Positions 50,057-62,888 of a DNA stretch of 64,000 bases are shown here, one piece after another. Position numbers and translations under genes: made by a program. The stretch comes from Nemertoderma westbladi (taxonomy: Eukaryota; Animalia; Xenacoelomorpha): NCBI GenBank assembly GCA_032718475.1, contig JAUCBJ010000700.1, positions 62,001 to 126,000 of the forward strand, given 5' to 3'. Position 1 is the first letter of the stretch; each line of letters opens with the position of its first letter. The notes beneath the pieces were generated by a model that did not search any database, was not told the origin of the DNA, and saw nothing but the letters and a program-made list of their open reading frames with translations.

Positions 50057-50595
50057 TGGGACTAAGGTCCGTACGGGACGAAGGTCCGTACGGGACGAAG
50101 GTCCGTACGGGACGAAGGTCCGTACGGGACGAAGGTCCGTACGGGACGAAGGTCCGTATGGGACGAAGGTCCGTATGGGACGAAGGTCCGTACGGGACGA
50201 AGGTCCGTATGGGACGAAGGTCCGTACGGGACGAAGGTCCGTATGGGACGAAGGTCCGTACGGGACGAAGGTTCGTACGGGACGAAGGTCCGTACGGGAC
50301 GGAGGTTCGTACGGGACGAAGGTCCGTACGGGACGAAGGTCCGTACGGGACGGAGGTTCGTACGGGACGGAGGTTCGTACGGGACGAAGGTCCGTACGGG
50401 ACGAAGGTCCGTACGGGACGAAGGTCCGTACGGGACGAAGGTCCGTACGGGACGAAGGTCAGTACGGGACGAAGGTCCGTACGGGACGAAGGTCCGTACG
50501 GGACGAAGGTCCGTACGGGACGAAGGTCCGTACGGGACGAAGGTCCGTACGGGACGAAGGTCCATACGGGACAAATTAGGGACAAAGGTCCGTAA
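50057..50595. repeat. 17-bp GC-rich minisatellite, about 31 copies
   Basis: Unit gggacgaaggtccgtac, containing the palindrome ccgtacgg across the unit junction. Confidence 0.95.
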
Positions 50596-50814
50596 GTGGC
50601 CATCCGTGACGTCACTTCGTCTTCTCAAGAATTTATCTGTAACCTTTTTGGTTAGAATAACGTGCCACTGTAACCTGCTCTTTTCCCTTAATCTGCCTAC
50701 CTATTCGGACATTCGCTCTAGAACCCTCTAATAGAAACATTGGTGTTATGGGTGAATGAGTTGTTTCATCTTATGATAACTTTTTGTTGGGCACAGCTTT
50801 TGCAAATTCGGCAA

Positions 50815-53800
50815 TGGGAGGAATAAGGGAGGAATATAGGGGTCTATCTGGTCGGGACAGAGGGCAGTCTGGGGAGGAATAAGGGGGGGATTACAGGGTT
50901 CTACAATGGCGTGACAGATGGCAGTCTGGGAGGAATAAGGGGGGAATACAGGGGTCTACAATAGACAGGAGGCAGAGGGCAGTCTGGGGAGGACTAAGGG
51001 GGAATACAGGGGTCTACAATGGCGGTGCAGAGGGCAGTCTGAGAATGAATAAGGTGGGAATATAGGGGTCTACAATGGTCGGGACAGTAGTCTGGGGAGG
51101 AATAGGGGGAATACAGGGGTCTGCAATGGTCTGGATAGAGGGTTTCTGGGGAGGGATAAGGGGGAAATACAGGGGTCTACAGTAGTTGGGACAGAGGGCA
51201 GTCTGGGGAGGGATAAGGGGGGAATACAGGGGTCTACAGTGGTCGGGACAGAGGGCAGTCTGGGGAGGAATAAGGGGGGAATATAGGGTTCTACAATGGC
51301 GCGACAGATGGCAGTCTGGGGAGGAATAATGGGGGAATACAGGGGCCTACAATTACAGGGACAGAGGGCAGTCTGGGGAAGAATAAGGGGGGAATGCAGG
51401 GGTCTATAGTGGCCGGGGCAGAGGGTAGTCTGGGGAGGTATAAGGTGGTAATACAGGGGTATATAATGGCTGGGACAGAGGGCAGTCTGGGAATGAATAA
51501 GGTGGGAATACGGTGGTCTACAGTGGTCGGGACAGAGGTCAGTCTGGGAAGGAATAAGGGTGGAATACAGGGGTATACAATGGTCGGGACAGTAGTCTGG
51601 GGAGGAATAGGGGGAATACAGGGGTCTACAATGGTCGGGATAGAGGGTTTCTGGGGAGGGATAAGGGGGAAATACAGGGGTCTACAGTAGTCGGGACAGA
51701 GGGCAATCTGGGGAGGAATAAGGGGGGAATACAGGGGTCTACAGTGGTCGGGACAGATGGCAGTCTGGGGAGGAATAAGGGGGGAATATAGGGTTCTCCA
51801 ATGGCGTGACAGAGGGCAGTCTGGGGAGGAATAAGGGAGGAATATAGGGGTCTATCTGGTCGGGACAGGGGGTAGTCTGGGGAGGAATAAGGGAGGAATA
51901 CAGGTGTCTACACCTACAGTGGTCGGGACAGAGAGTAGTCTGGGGAGGAATAAGGGGGGATTACAGGGTTCTACAATGGCGTGACAGATGGCAGTCTGGG
52001 AGGAATAAGGGGGGAATACAGGGGTCTACGTGGTCGCGACAGGGGGTAGTCTGGGGAGGAATAAGGGGGGATACATGGGTCTACAGTGGTCGGGACAGAG
52101 GGCAGTCTGGGGAGGAATAAGGGGGAATGCAGGGGTCTACAATGGCGGGACAGAGGGTAGTCTGGGAATGAATAAGGGGGGAATACAGTGGTCTACAGGG
52201 GCGCGACAGAGGGCAGTCTGGGGAGGAATAAGGGGGGAATACAGGGGTCTACAATGCACAGGAGGCAGAGAGCAGTCTGGGGAGGAATAAGGGGGAATAC
52301 AGGGGTCTACAATGGCGGGACAGAGGGTAGTCTGGGGATGAATAAGGGGGGGAATACAGTGGTCTACAGGGGCGGGACAGAGGGCTGTCTGGGGAGAAAT
52401 AAGGGGAATACAGGGGTCTACAATAGACAGGAGGCAGAGGGCAGTCTGGGGAGGACTAAGGGGGAATACAGGGGTCTACAATGGCGGGGCAGAGGGCAGT
52501 CTGAGAAGGAATAAGGGGGAAAACAGGGGTCTACAATGGCGGGACAGAGGGCAGTCTGGGGAGGTATATGGGGGGAATACAGGGGTCTATACAATGGACA
52601 GGGGCAGAGGGCAGTCTGTGGAGGAATAAGTGGGGAATACAGGGGTCTCCAATGGCAGGACAAAGGGCAGTCTGGGGAGGAATATGGGGGGAATACAGGG
52701 GTTTAACAGTGGTTGGGACAGAGGGCAGTCTGGTGAGGAATAAGGGGGGAATACAGGTGTCTATAATGGCGGGGACAGAGGGGAGTCTGGGGGGAATAAG
52801 GGGAAAATACAGGGGCCTGAGGAATAAGGAGGGAAAACAGGGGTCTACAATGGCAGGGACAGAGAGCAGTCTGGGGAAGAATAAGGGGAGAATACAGGGG
52901 TCTACAATTGACAGGAGGCAGATGGCAGTCTGATGAGGAATAAAGGAGGGTACTACAGGGGTCTGTACAATGGACGGGGGGCAGTCTTGGGAGGAATAAG
53001 GTGGGAATACAGGGCTACAGCGGTCGGGACGACAGAGGGCACTCCGGGGAGGAATAAGGGGGAATACAGGGGTTGACAATTGACAGGGGGCAGAGGGCAG
53101 TCTGGGGAGGAATAAGGGGGGAATACAGGGCTACAGTGGTCGGGACAGAGGGCAGTCTGGGGAGGAATAAGGTGGAATACAGGGGTCTACAATGGACAGG
53201 GGGTAGAGGGCAGTCTGGGGAGGAATAAGGGGGGATACAGGGGTCTACAATGGCAGGGACAGGGGGCAGTCTGGGGAGGAATAAGGGGGGAATACAGGGG
53301 TCTACAATGGTCGGGACAGAGGTCAGTCTGGGGAGGAATAATGGGGGAATACAGGGGTCTACAATTACAGGGACAGATGGCAGGCTGGGGAGGAATAAGG
53401 GGGGAATACAGGGGTCTACAATTACAGGGACAGAGGGCAGGCTGGGGAGGAATAAGGGGGGAATACAGGGGTCTACAATTACAGGGGCAGAGGGCAGTCT
53501 GGGGAGGAATAAGGTGGGAATACAGGGGTCTACAATTACAGCGACAGATGGCAGGCTGGGGAGGAATAAGGGGGGAATAAAGGGGTCTACAATTACAGGG
53601 ACAGAGGGCAGTTTGATGAGGAATAATGAGGGAATACAGGGGTCTTTAATGGCAGGGGCAGAGGGCAGTCTGGGGAGGAATAAGGGGGGAATACAGGGGT
53701 CTACAATTACAGGGACAGAGGGCAGTCTGGGGAGGAATAAGGGGGGAATAAAGGGGTCTACAATTACAGGGACAGAGGGCAGTTTGATGAGGAATAATGA

Positions 53801-54023
53801 GGGAATACAGGGGTCTTTAATGGCAGGGGCAGAGGGCAGTCTGGGGAGGAATAAGGGGGGAATACAGGGGTCTACAATTGCAGGGACAGAGGGCAGTTTG
53901 ATGAGGAATAATGAGGGAATACAGGGGTCTTTAATGGCAGGGGCAGAGGGCAGTCTGGGGAGGAATAAGGGGGGAATACAGTGGTATACAATGGCGTGAC
54001 AGAGGGCAGTCTGGGGAGGAATA
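50815..54023. repeat. ~57-bp G-rich degenerate minisatellite, about 56 copies
   Basis: Consensus ggggaggaataaggggggaatacaggggtctacaattacagggacagagggcagtct. More homogeneous toward the right end. Confidence 0.93.
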
Positions 54024-55659
54024 GATCTATAATTTTGGGCAGTTAGGGGAGTAATTCTAGTGATAGAAGACTTTTAGGATACCTCAGCTCATAGATGTTA
54101 AAAAATACGGATGAATACTTAAAACTGAACTTACGCTAACACGCCACCTGCCTTCCCCCCATCAGCACCGATTGGTAGAAGTAGATCGGGGCGGTTTATA
54201 CCATTCTGAAGTATTGCACTGGAATTCGTTGCCTTTATAGAGGATGACGATTCACTCTGCACCAAATGAGCTGTAAAACATAATATTAAATAAGTATTTA
54301 AAAAAAGATCTTTATATGAACCCTATAGAACTTGGAGCAAAACAATCTCAAAGTGGCCACCGATGCGATTCGAATCTGTGTACCAATTATCTCTAAAACA
54401 TACTCCCATTATTAGCATGCTTATAGGGGGTTGATGTGTTGTGATGCTTACCACAGAAGCACACGCATGAATACCTGACATTTTTGCTGTCTTCGTTTGC
54501 CGTAGGCGTAGGAAGGCTGTGCAACGGCCTGACAAAAGCAAACATGTCGCCTACAGTAACCGCCACTGCCCAGTGCCCATCCCATAGGTGGAAAGATAAC
54601 AGGGCACCAAGGTGCAATGTCTATAGGAAGCTCGTTTGTGCCTCTGGTACACACACCCCCACGCTCTAATGAGTAGCATAAAACCGCGCTATTTGTTTTA
54701 GCATAACAAATAAAATGCTGCACAGAGAATGATAACACACTGAATTCTTAATAGCGTAAATAAAGTGTGGCCAGATTCATGGATAAGGGAGGTGGCGATC
54801 AATACGCTTCGCACAAACCGACGATGGACCGACGATAGATTCTGAAATTGGGGTTAGAAAACAAATCGTGTATATTGTACGATACAGAAATACTGCAGGG
54901 GAATACGTAGCAGACATTTAACACAACAATAGTTTTGATATTGCCCTCTAAGACTCGGTCGTACCATAACGACCCACATTTTACATGATTAATAATCTAT
55001 TTGAGACCAGTTATTTATTAGTTTACTATTAGACCCACATTCAAGCATGATACTTGAAATTGTTCGACTGATCTACAAAAGTGAAGCATGTCGTTATCAG
55101 TCCACCAACATAAATATTTCTAGTTTTCCAACAGAATAGAAATAAACGATACGCGAGTACATTTGACTAATAGTGCGTTTACCGTAGTTACCACAAAATA
55201 AGGTTTTAAATATAAAAAAGGTCGGCCAGAAAGAGATAAAGATGCCGCTAAGAAGATGGATTTAAATTAAAAGGTAAGATTTATTAAGGATAACAACATA
55301 CAAGAAGATTATATAGCAATAATATAAAACATTGAGTTACCCAATAAATATCTATGGTAAACGATGGCCTCTCTAAAATCATTTAAAACCCATCAAAACA
55401 TGTACAACAATAATAATTATCGTGTTTTTCGATGAGAGAAAAACATTGTATTGCCGTGTATGGTGGGATATTATTGACAAGTAATTCGCGATTGACGCAG
55501 AAGGGACCGAATAACCGGTAATGGTCGTTTAGAAAACAAGTTACTAACCCAAGGCCGACAGTAACATCGGTCTTAAAGCAATCACGAGGGATGGGCCACA
55601 CACTGCATGTTCGACTTGTACAATAAATGTACCAAACACGGACGAACAACAACAACAAA

Positions 55660-55676
55660 TTAACGGCATAACTTTC
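55660..55676 (-). CDS. Candidate terminal coding exon of the minus-strand orphan gene
   Basis: Strong acceptor ttgttttgctgtgtttttctcag|GAAAG. A phase-1 join gives ...QQTGKLCR*. AATAAA lies downstream at 55285-55280. Confidence 0.3.
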
Positions 55677-55914
55677 CTGAGAAAAACACAGCAAAACAAT
55701 AATCTGTTTGTTGGGGGGAGAGAAAATCGGAGGGGATTATTTTGCGTAATTTCAGTTGAAATGGAGGAGAATTAGTGACTTTTTCATATTTAATGTTTCA
55801 AAGGTTACACTGCCTATATTACTACGGTACGTAATTAATCTTCATGAGGTGTACAGTTGAGGCGGCGTGCGCTAAAAAAAATGCTTAGCGAAAAGTTTAG
55901 GACTACTGCTGTTG

Positions 55915-56150
55915 TTGTAATATGGGGCGAGCCACGAAGTGAGCTGAGAAAAAATTAACGAACGAAACGAGGCAAATGAAGAAGGCGAGTATTGCGTTGA
56001 CGACTTCTGACTATCGACAGACAAGACCTTAATGGGGCCCTATATGCTAAGGCTTTGCTCACTTCGTGCTGCGCGAAGGCCCCATGAACGTTTAAAGATA
56101 CTATGAGGTACATCACACTCACATGTTTATTGGAACATATCAACGTAAAA
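55915..56150. mobile_element. Possible HINE-like non-autonomous element
   Basis: Inverted motif cacgaagtgagc (55933) / gctcacttcgtg (56057) and a ggggcc...ggcccc hairpin. Confidence 0.3.
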
Positions 56151-56194
56151 AATAAATAGTAACAACTGTTTGTTTGTTTGTTTGTTTGTAACAA

Positions 56195-59100
56195 CAGCTG
56201 TTTGCTGTAACGTTACAAATAAACAATAACACTCAGCAGTTTGCTGTAACGTTACAAATAAATAATAACACTCAGCTGTTTGCTGTAACGTTACAAATAA
56301 TTAGTAAGACTCAGCTGTTTGCTGTAACTTTACAAATAAATAGTAACACTCAGCAGTTTTATGTAACGTTACAAATAAACAATAACACTCAGCAGTTTGC
56401 TGTAACGTTACAAATAAACAATAACACTCAGCAGTTTGCTGTAACGTTAGAAATAAATAGTAAGACTCAGCTGTTTGCTGTAACGTTTCAAATAAATAGT
56501 AACACTCAGCGGTTTGATGTAACGTTATAAATAAACAATAACACTCAGCAGTTTGCTGTAACGTTACAAATAAATAATAACACTCAGCTGTTTGCTGTAA
56601 CGTTACAAATAAATAGTAAGACTCAGCTGTTTGCTGTAACGTTACAAATAAATAGTAACACTCAGCGGTTTGATGTAACGTTACAAATAAATAGTAACAC
56701 TCAGCGGTTTGATGTAACGTTACAAATAAATAGTAACACTCACCTGTTTGCTGTAACTTTACAAATAAATAGTAACACTCAGCTGTTTGCTGTAACGTTA
56801 CAAATAAATAGTAACACTCACCTGTTTGCTGTAACTTTACAAATAAATAGTAACACTCACCTGTTTGCTGTAACGTTACAAATAAATAGTAACACTGACC
56901 TGTTTGCTGTAACGTTACAAATAAATAGTAAGACTCAGTGGTTTGATGGAACGTTACAAATAAATAGTAACACTGACCTGTTTGCTGTAACGTTACAAAT
57001 AAATAGTAAGACTCAGCTGTTTGCTGTAACGTTACAAATAAATAGTAACACTCAGCGGTTTGATGTAACGTTACAAATAAATAGTAACACTCAGCGGTTT
57101 GATGTAACGTTACAAATAAATAGTAACACTCACCTGTTTGCTGTAACTTTGCAAATAAATAGTAACACTCAGCTGTTTGCTGTAACGTTACAAATAAATA
57201 GTAACACTCACCTGTTTGCTGTAACTTTACAAATAAATAGTAACACTCACCTGTTTGCTGTAACTTTACAAATAAATAGTAACACTCAGCTGTTTGCTGT
57301 AACGTTACAAATACATAGTAACACTCAGCTGTTTGCTGTAACGTTACAAATAAATAGTAACACTCACCTGTTTGCTGTAACTTTACATATAAATAGTAAC
57401 ACTCACCTGTTTGCTGTAACTTTACAAATAAATAGTAACACTCAGCTGTTTGCTGTAACGTTACAAATACATAGTATCACTCAGCGGTTTGATGTAACGT
57501 TACAAATAAATAGTAACACTCAGCGGTTTGATGTAACGTTACAAATAAATAGTAACACTCACCTGTTTGCTGTAACTTTACAAATGAATAGTAACACTCA
57601 GCTGTTTGCTGTAACGTTACAAATACATAGTAACACTCAGCTGTTTGCTGTAACGTTACAAATAAATAGTAACACTGACCTGTTTGCTGTAACGTTACAA
57701 ATAAATAGTAAGACTCAGTGGTTTGATGGAACGTTACAAATAAATAGTAACACTCAGCTGTTTGCTGTAACGTTAGAAATAAATAATAACACTCAGCTGT
57801 TTGCTGTAACGTTACAAATAAATAGTAAGACTCAGCTGTTTGCTGTAACGTTACAAATAAATAGTAACACTCAGCGGTTTGATGTAACGTTACAAATAAA
57901 TAGTAACACTCAGCGGTTTGATGTAACGTTACAAATAAATAGTAACACTCACCTGTTTGCTGTAACTTTGCAAATAAATAGTAACACTCAGCTGTTTGCT
58001 GTAACGTTACAAATAAATAGTAACACTCACCTGTTTGCTGTAACTTTACAAATAAATAGTAACACTCACCTGTTTGCTGTAACTTTACAAATAAATAGTA
58101 ACACTCAGCTGTTTGCTGTAACGTTACAAATACATAGTAACACTCAGCTGTTTGCTGTAACGTTACAAATAAATAGTAACACTCACCTGTTTGCTGTAAC
58201 TTTACAAATAAATAGTAACACTCACCTGTTTGCTGTAACTTTACAAATAAATAGTAACACTCAGCTGTTTGCTGTAACGTTACAAATACATAGTATCACT
58301 CAGCGGTTTGATGTAACGTTACAAATAAATAGTAACACTCAGCGGTTTGATGTAACGTTACAAATAAATAGTAACACTCACCTGTTTGCTGTAACTTTAC
58401 AAATGAATAGTAACACTCAGCTGTTTGCTGTAACGTTACAAATACATAGTAACACTCAGCTGTTTGCTGTAACGTTACAAATAAATAGTAACACTGACCT
58501 GTTTGCTGTAACGTTACAAATAAATAGTAAGACTCAGTGGTTTGATGGAACGTTACAAATAAATAGTAACACTCAGCTGTTTGCTGTAACGTTACAAATA
58601 AATAGTAGCACTTCTGTTTGCTGTAACGTTACAAATAAATAGTAACACTTCTGTTTGCTGTAACGTTACAAATAAATAGTAACACTCAGCGGTTTGATGT
58701 AACGTTACAAATAGATAGTAACACACAGGGGTTTGATGTAACGTTACAAATAAATAGTAACACTCAGCTGTTTGCTGTAACGTTACAAATAAATAGTAAC
58801 ACTCAGCTGTTTGCTGTAACGTTACAAATAAATAGTAACACTCACCTGTTTGCTGCAACTTTACAAATAAATAGTAACACTCAGCGGTTTGATGTAACGT
58901 TATAAATAAACAATAACACTCAGCAGTTTGCTGTAACGTTACAAATAAATAATAACACTCAGCTGTTTGCTGTAACGTTACAAATAAATAGTAAGACTCA
59001 GCTGTTTGCTGTAACGTTACAAATAAATAGTAACACTCAGCGGTTTGATGTAACGTTACAAATAAATAGTAACACTCAGCGGTTTGATGTAACGTTACAA

Positions 59101-62085
59101 ATAAATAGTAACACTCACCTGTTTGCTGTAACTTTACAAATAAATAGTAACACTCAGCTGTTTGCTGTAACGTTACAAATAAATAGTAACACTCACCTGT
59201 TTGCTGTAACTTTACAAATAAATAGTAACACTCACCTGTTTGCTGTAACGTTACAAATAAATAGTAACACTGACCTGTTTGCTGTAACGTTACAAATAAA
59301 TAGTAAGACTCAGTGGTTTGATGGAACGTTACAAATAAATAGTAACACTGACCTGTTTGCTGTAACGTTAGAAATAAATAATAACACTCAGCTGTTTGCT
59401 GTAACGTTACAAATAAATAGTAAGACTCAGCTGTTTGCTGTAACGTTACAAATAAATAGTAACACTCAGCGGTTTGATGTAACGTTACAAATAAATAGTA
59501 ACACTCAGCGGTTTGATGTAACGTTACAAATAAATAGTAACACTCACCTGTTTGCTGTAACTTTGCAAATAAATAGTAACACTCAGCTGTTTGCTGTAAC
59601 GTTACAAATAAATAGTAACACTCACCTGTTTGCTGTAACTTTACAAATAAATAGTAACACTCACCTGTTTGCTGTAACTTTACAAATAAATAGTAACACT
59701 CAGCTGTTTGCTGTAACGTTACAAATACATAGTAACACTCAGCTGTTTGCTGTAACGTTACAAATAAATAGTAACACTCACCTGTTTGCTGTAACTTTAC
59801 AAATAAATAGTAACACTCACCTGTTTGCTGTAACTTTACAAATAAATAGTAACACTCAGCTGTTTGCTGTAACGTTACAAATACATAGTATCACTCAGCG
59901 GTTTGATGTAACGTTACAAATAAATAGTAACACTCAGCGGTTTGATGTAACGTTACAAATAAATAGTAACACTCACCTGTTTGCTGTAACTTTACAAATG
60001 AATAGTAACACTCAGCTGTTTGCTGTAACGTTACAAATACATAGTAACACTCAGCTGTTTGCTGTAACGTTACAAATAAATAGTAACACTGACCTGTTTG
60101 CTGTAACGTTACAAATAAATAGTAAGACTCAGTGGTTTGATGGAACGTTACAAATAAATAGTAACACTCAGCTGTTTGCTGTAACGTTAGAAATAAATAA
60201 TAACACTCAGCTGTTTGCTGTAACGTTACAAATAAATAGTAAGACTCAGCTGTTTGCTGTAACGTTACAAATAAATAGTAACACTCAGCGGTTTGATGTA
60301 ACGTTACAAATAAATAGTAACACTCAGCGGTTTGATGTAACGTTACAAATAAATAGTAACACTCACCTGTTTGCTGTAACTTTGCAAATAAATAGTAACA
60401 CTCAGCTGTTTGCTGTAACGTTACAAATAAATAGTAACACTCACCTGTTTGCTGTAACTTTACAAATAAATAGTAACACTCACCTGTTTGCTGTAACTTT
60501 ACAAATAAATAGTAACACTCAGCTGTTTGCTGTAACGTTACAAATACATAGTAACACTCAGCTGTTTGCTGTAACGTTACAAATAAATAGTAACACTCAC
60601 CTGTTTGCTGTAACTTTACAAATAAATAGTAACACTCACCTGTTTGCTGTAACTTTACAAATAAATAGTAACACTCAGCTGTTTGCTGTAACGTTACAAA
60701 TACATAGTATCACTCAGCGGTTTGATGTAACGTTACAAATAAATAGTAACACTCAGCGGTTTGATGTAACGTTACAAATAAATAGTAACACTCACCTGTT
60801 TGCTGTAACTTTACAAATGAATAGTAACACTCAGCTGTTTGCTGTAACGTTACAAATACATAGTAACACTCAGCTGTTTGCTGTAACGTTACAAATAAAT
60901 AGTAACACTGACCTGTTTGCTGTAACGTTACAAATAAATAGTAAGACTCAGTGGTTTGATGGAACGTTACAAATAAATAGTAACACTCAGCTGTTTGCTG
61001 TAACGTTACAAATAAATAGTAGCACTTCTGTTTGCTGTAACGTTACAAATAAATAGTAACACTTCTGTTTGCTGTAACGTTACAAATAAATAGTAACACT
61101 CAGCGGTTTGATGTAACGTTACAAATAGATAGTAACACACAGGGGTTTGATGTAACGTTAAAAATAAATAGTAACACTCAGCTGTTTGCTGTAACGTTAC
61201 AAATAAATAGTAACACTCAGCTGTTTGCTGTAACGTTACAAATAAATAGTAACACTCACCTGTTTGCTGCAACTTTACAAATAAATAGTAACACTCAGCG
61301 GTTTGATGTAACGTTACAAATAAATAGTAACACTCAGCGGTTTGATGTAACGTTACAAATAAATAGTAACACTCAGCTGTTTGCTGTAACGTTACAAATA
61401 AATAGTAACACTCAGCTGTTTGCTGTAACGTTACAAATAAATATTAACACTCACCTGTTTGTTGTAACGTTACAAATAAATAGTAACACTCACCTATTTC
61501 TGTAACGTTACAAATAAATAGTAACACTCACCTGTTTGCTATAACGTTACAAATAAATAGTAACACTCACCTGTTTGCTGTAACGTTACAAATAAATAGT
61601 AACACTCAGCGGTTTGATGGAACGTTACAAATAAATAGTAACACTCACCTGTTTGCTGTAACGTTACAAATAAATAGTAACACTCAGCGGTTTGATGGAA
61701 CGTTACAAATAAATAGTAACAATCACCTATTTGCTGTAACGTTACAAATAAATAGTAACACTCACCTGTTTGCTATAACGTTACAAATAAATAGTAACAC
61801 TCACCTGTTTGCTATAACGTTACAAATAAATAGTAACACTCACCTGTTTGATGGAACGTTACAAAGAAATAGTAGCACTCAGCGGTTTGATGGAACGTTA
61901 CAAATAAATAGTAACACTCACTTGTTTGCTGTAACTTTACAAATAAATAGTAACACTCAGCTGTTTGCTGTAACGTTACAAATAAATAGTAACACTCGGT
62001 TTGATGGAACGTTACAAATAAATAGTAACACTCAGCGGTGATGGAACGTTACAAATAAATAGTAACACTCACCTGTTTGCTGCAA
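56195..62085. repeat. 39-bp satellite array, about 150 copies, with higher-order structure
   Basis: Unit ctca(c/g)ctgtttgctgtaacgttacaaataaatagtaaca. A marker variant (tttgcaaat) recurs at 57151, 57970, 59565 and 60384, giving periods of 819 and 2414 bp. Confidence 0.97.
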
Positions 62086-62265
62086 CTGTAACTGACGTTG
62101 TTGAAGACGCAACTGTTCAAATAGCAAATGTTGTTGAGTTGCGGTGTTCAATGTCATTGGCTGAATTACACGATTGGAGGCCGGTAAACCCGGCAGTCCT
62201 ACTAATGGCGTGTCATTGGTTGGAGACACTCCCAGGCTTGGGTTCGTTGCTAATAGCAACTGCAT
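62073..62265 (-). CDS. Internal Q-rich exon of an unidentified gene
   Basis: Acceptor ttctaattacag|ATG and consensus donor CAG|gtgagt. Only one frame is open (MQLLLATNPS...QQHLLFEQLRLQQRQLQLQQT). Confidence 0.6.
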
Positions 62266-62537
62266 CTGTAATTAGAATCATTTATAGTCAAAATTTGTAA
62301 AATTTATCTTTAAGTTTTAACGATTCAAACAATTTTTTCAAACGAGTTGGGCCGCCATTTTTTCCCCATTTTTTCCAAATTGCCGAATAGCAACTTTTAT
62401 GACTAGGAAGTTTTTAGCTGAGCTGAAACGTTTTTGCTGAATTGCAATGAAACCAATAGGGAAAACAAGACCAAGGGAAAAATGTGCCAAGTATCCCTTT
62501 TGGCCTTGCCCAGAGCCTTAGAGTGCCAAAATAGAAC

Positions 62538-62705
62538 CTTTATAACTTCATTGGCGCAGCTTTGCACAGCATCCGCCATCCACATACCAAACCGATCACG
62601 TACACCAGGTTGTAGATATGGTTTGTCTCGGTTCCCACCAAGTGATCTGGCAAGACGTTGTAGAACCGTGTTATAATCACAATCTCCACCCGAAACTCCA
62701 TCCAT
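62538..62705 (-). CDS. Candidate first coding exon of the same unidentified gene
   Basis: aaaATGG start, MDGVSGGDCDYNTVLQRLARSLGG...SCANEVIK. The phase-0 donor AAG|gttcta is non-consensus, so the 3' boundary is uncertain. Confidence 0.4.
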
Positions 62706-62888
62706 TTTAACAGGAGTTTTTTAAAACTTATTACATATTTTGCAAATTAATTCAAAACTGAATTAGACGGAATGGCCGTAAAATGTCCGAAATTTACAAC
62801 AAATGTCGAAATTTCATAAGAAGTTAAGTAAATAAAGGCGAGATAAAATGAATTAATTTGGAGCCACGAAAAATAATATTTGAGGGAA

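Noticed and set aside
50010-53999. Overlapping ORFs in the 17-bp and 57-bp arrays, including the 249-aa GTEGSLGRNKGG repeat
   Set aside because: Open in many frames because of low complexity. Frequent frame-breaking indels argue against coding.
54323-55694. Short ORFs of 61-103 aa between the G-rich array and the 39-bp array
   Set aside because: No recognisable motifs. The 55383-55694 frame is not phase-compatible with the upstream exon and is more likely 3'UTR or intergenic.
57149-61272. 497-aa and 88-aa repetitive ORFs
   Set aside because: Translations of the 39-bp satellite, broken wherever a unit has an indel.
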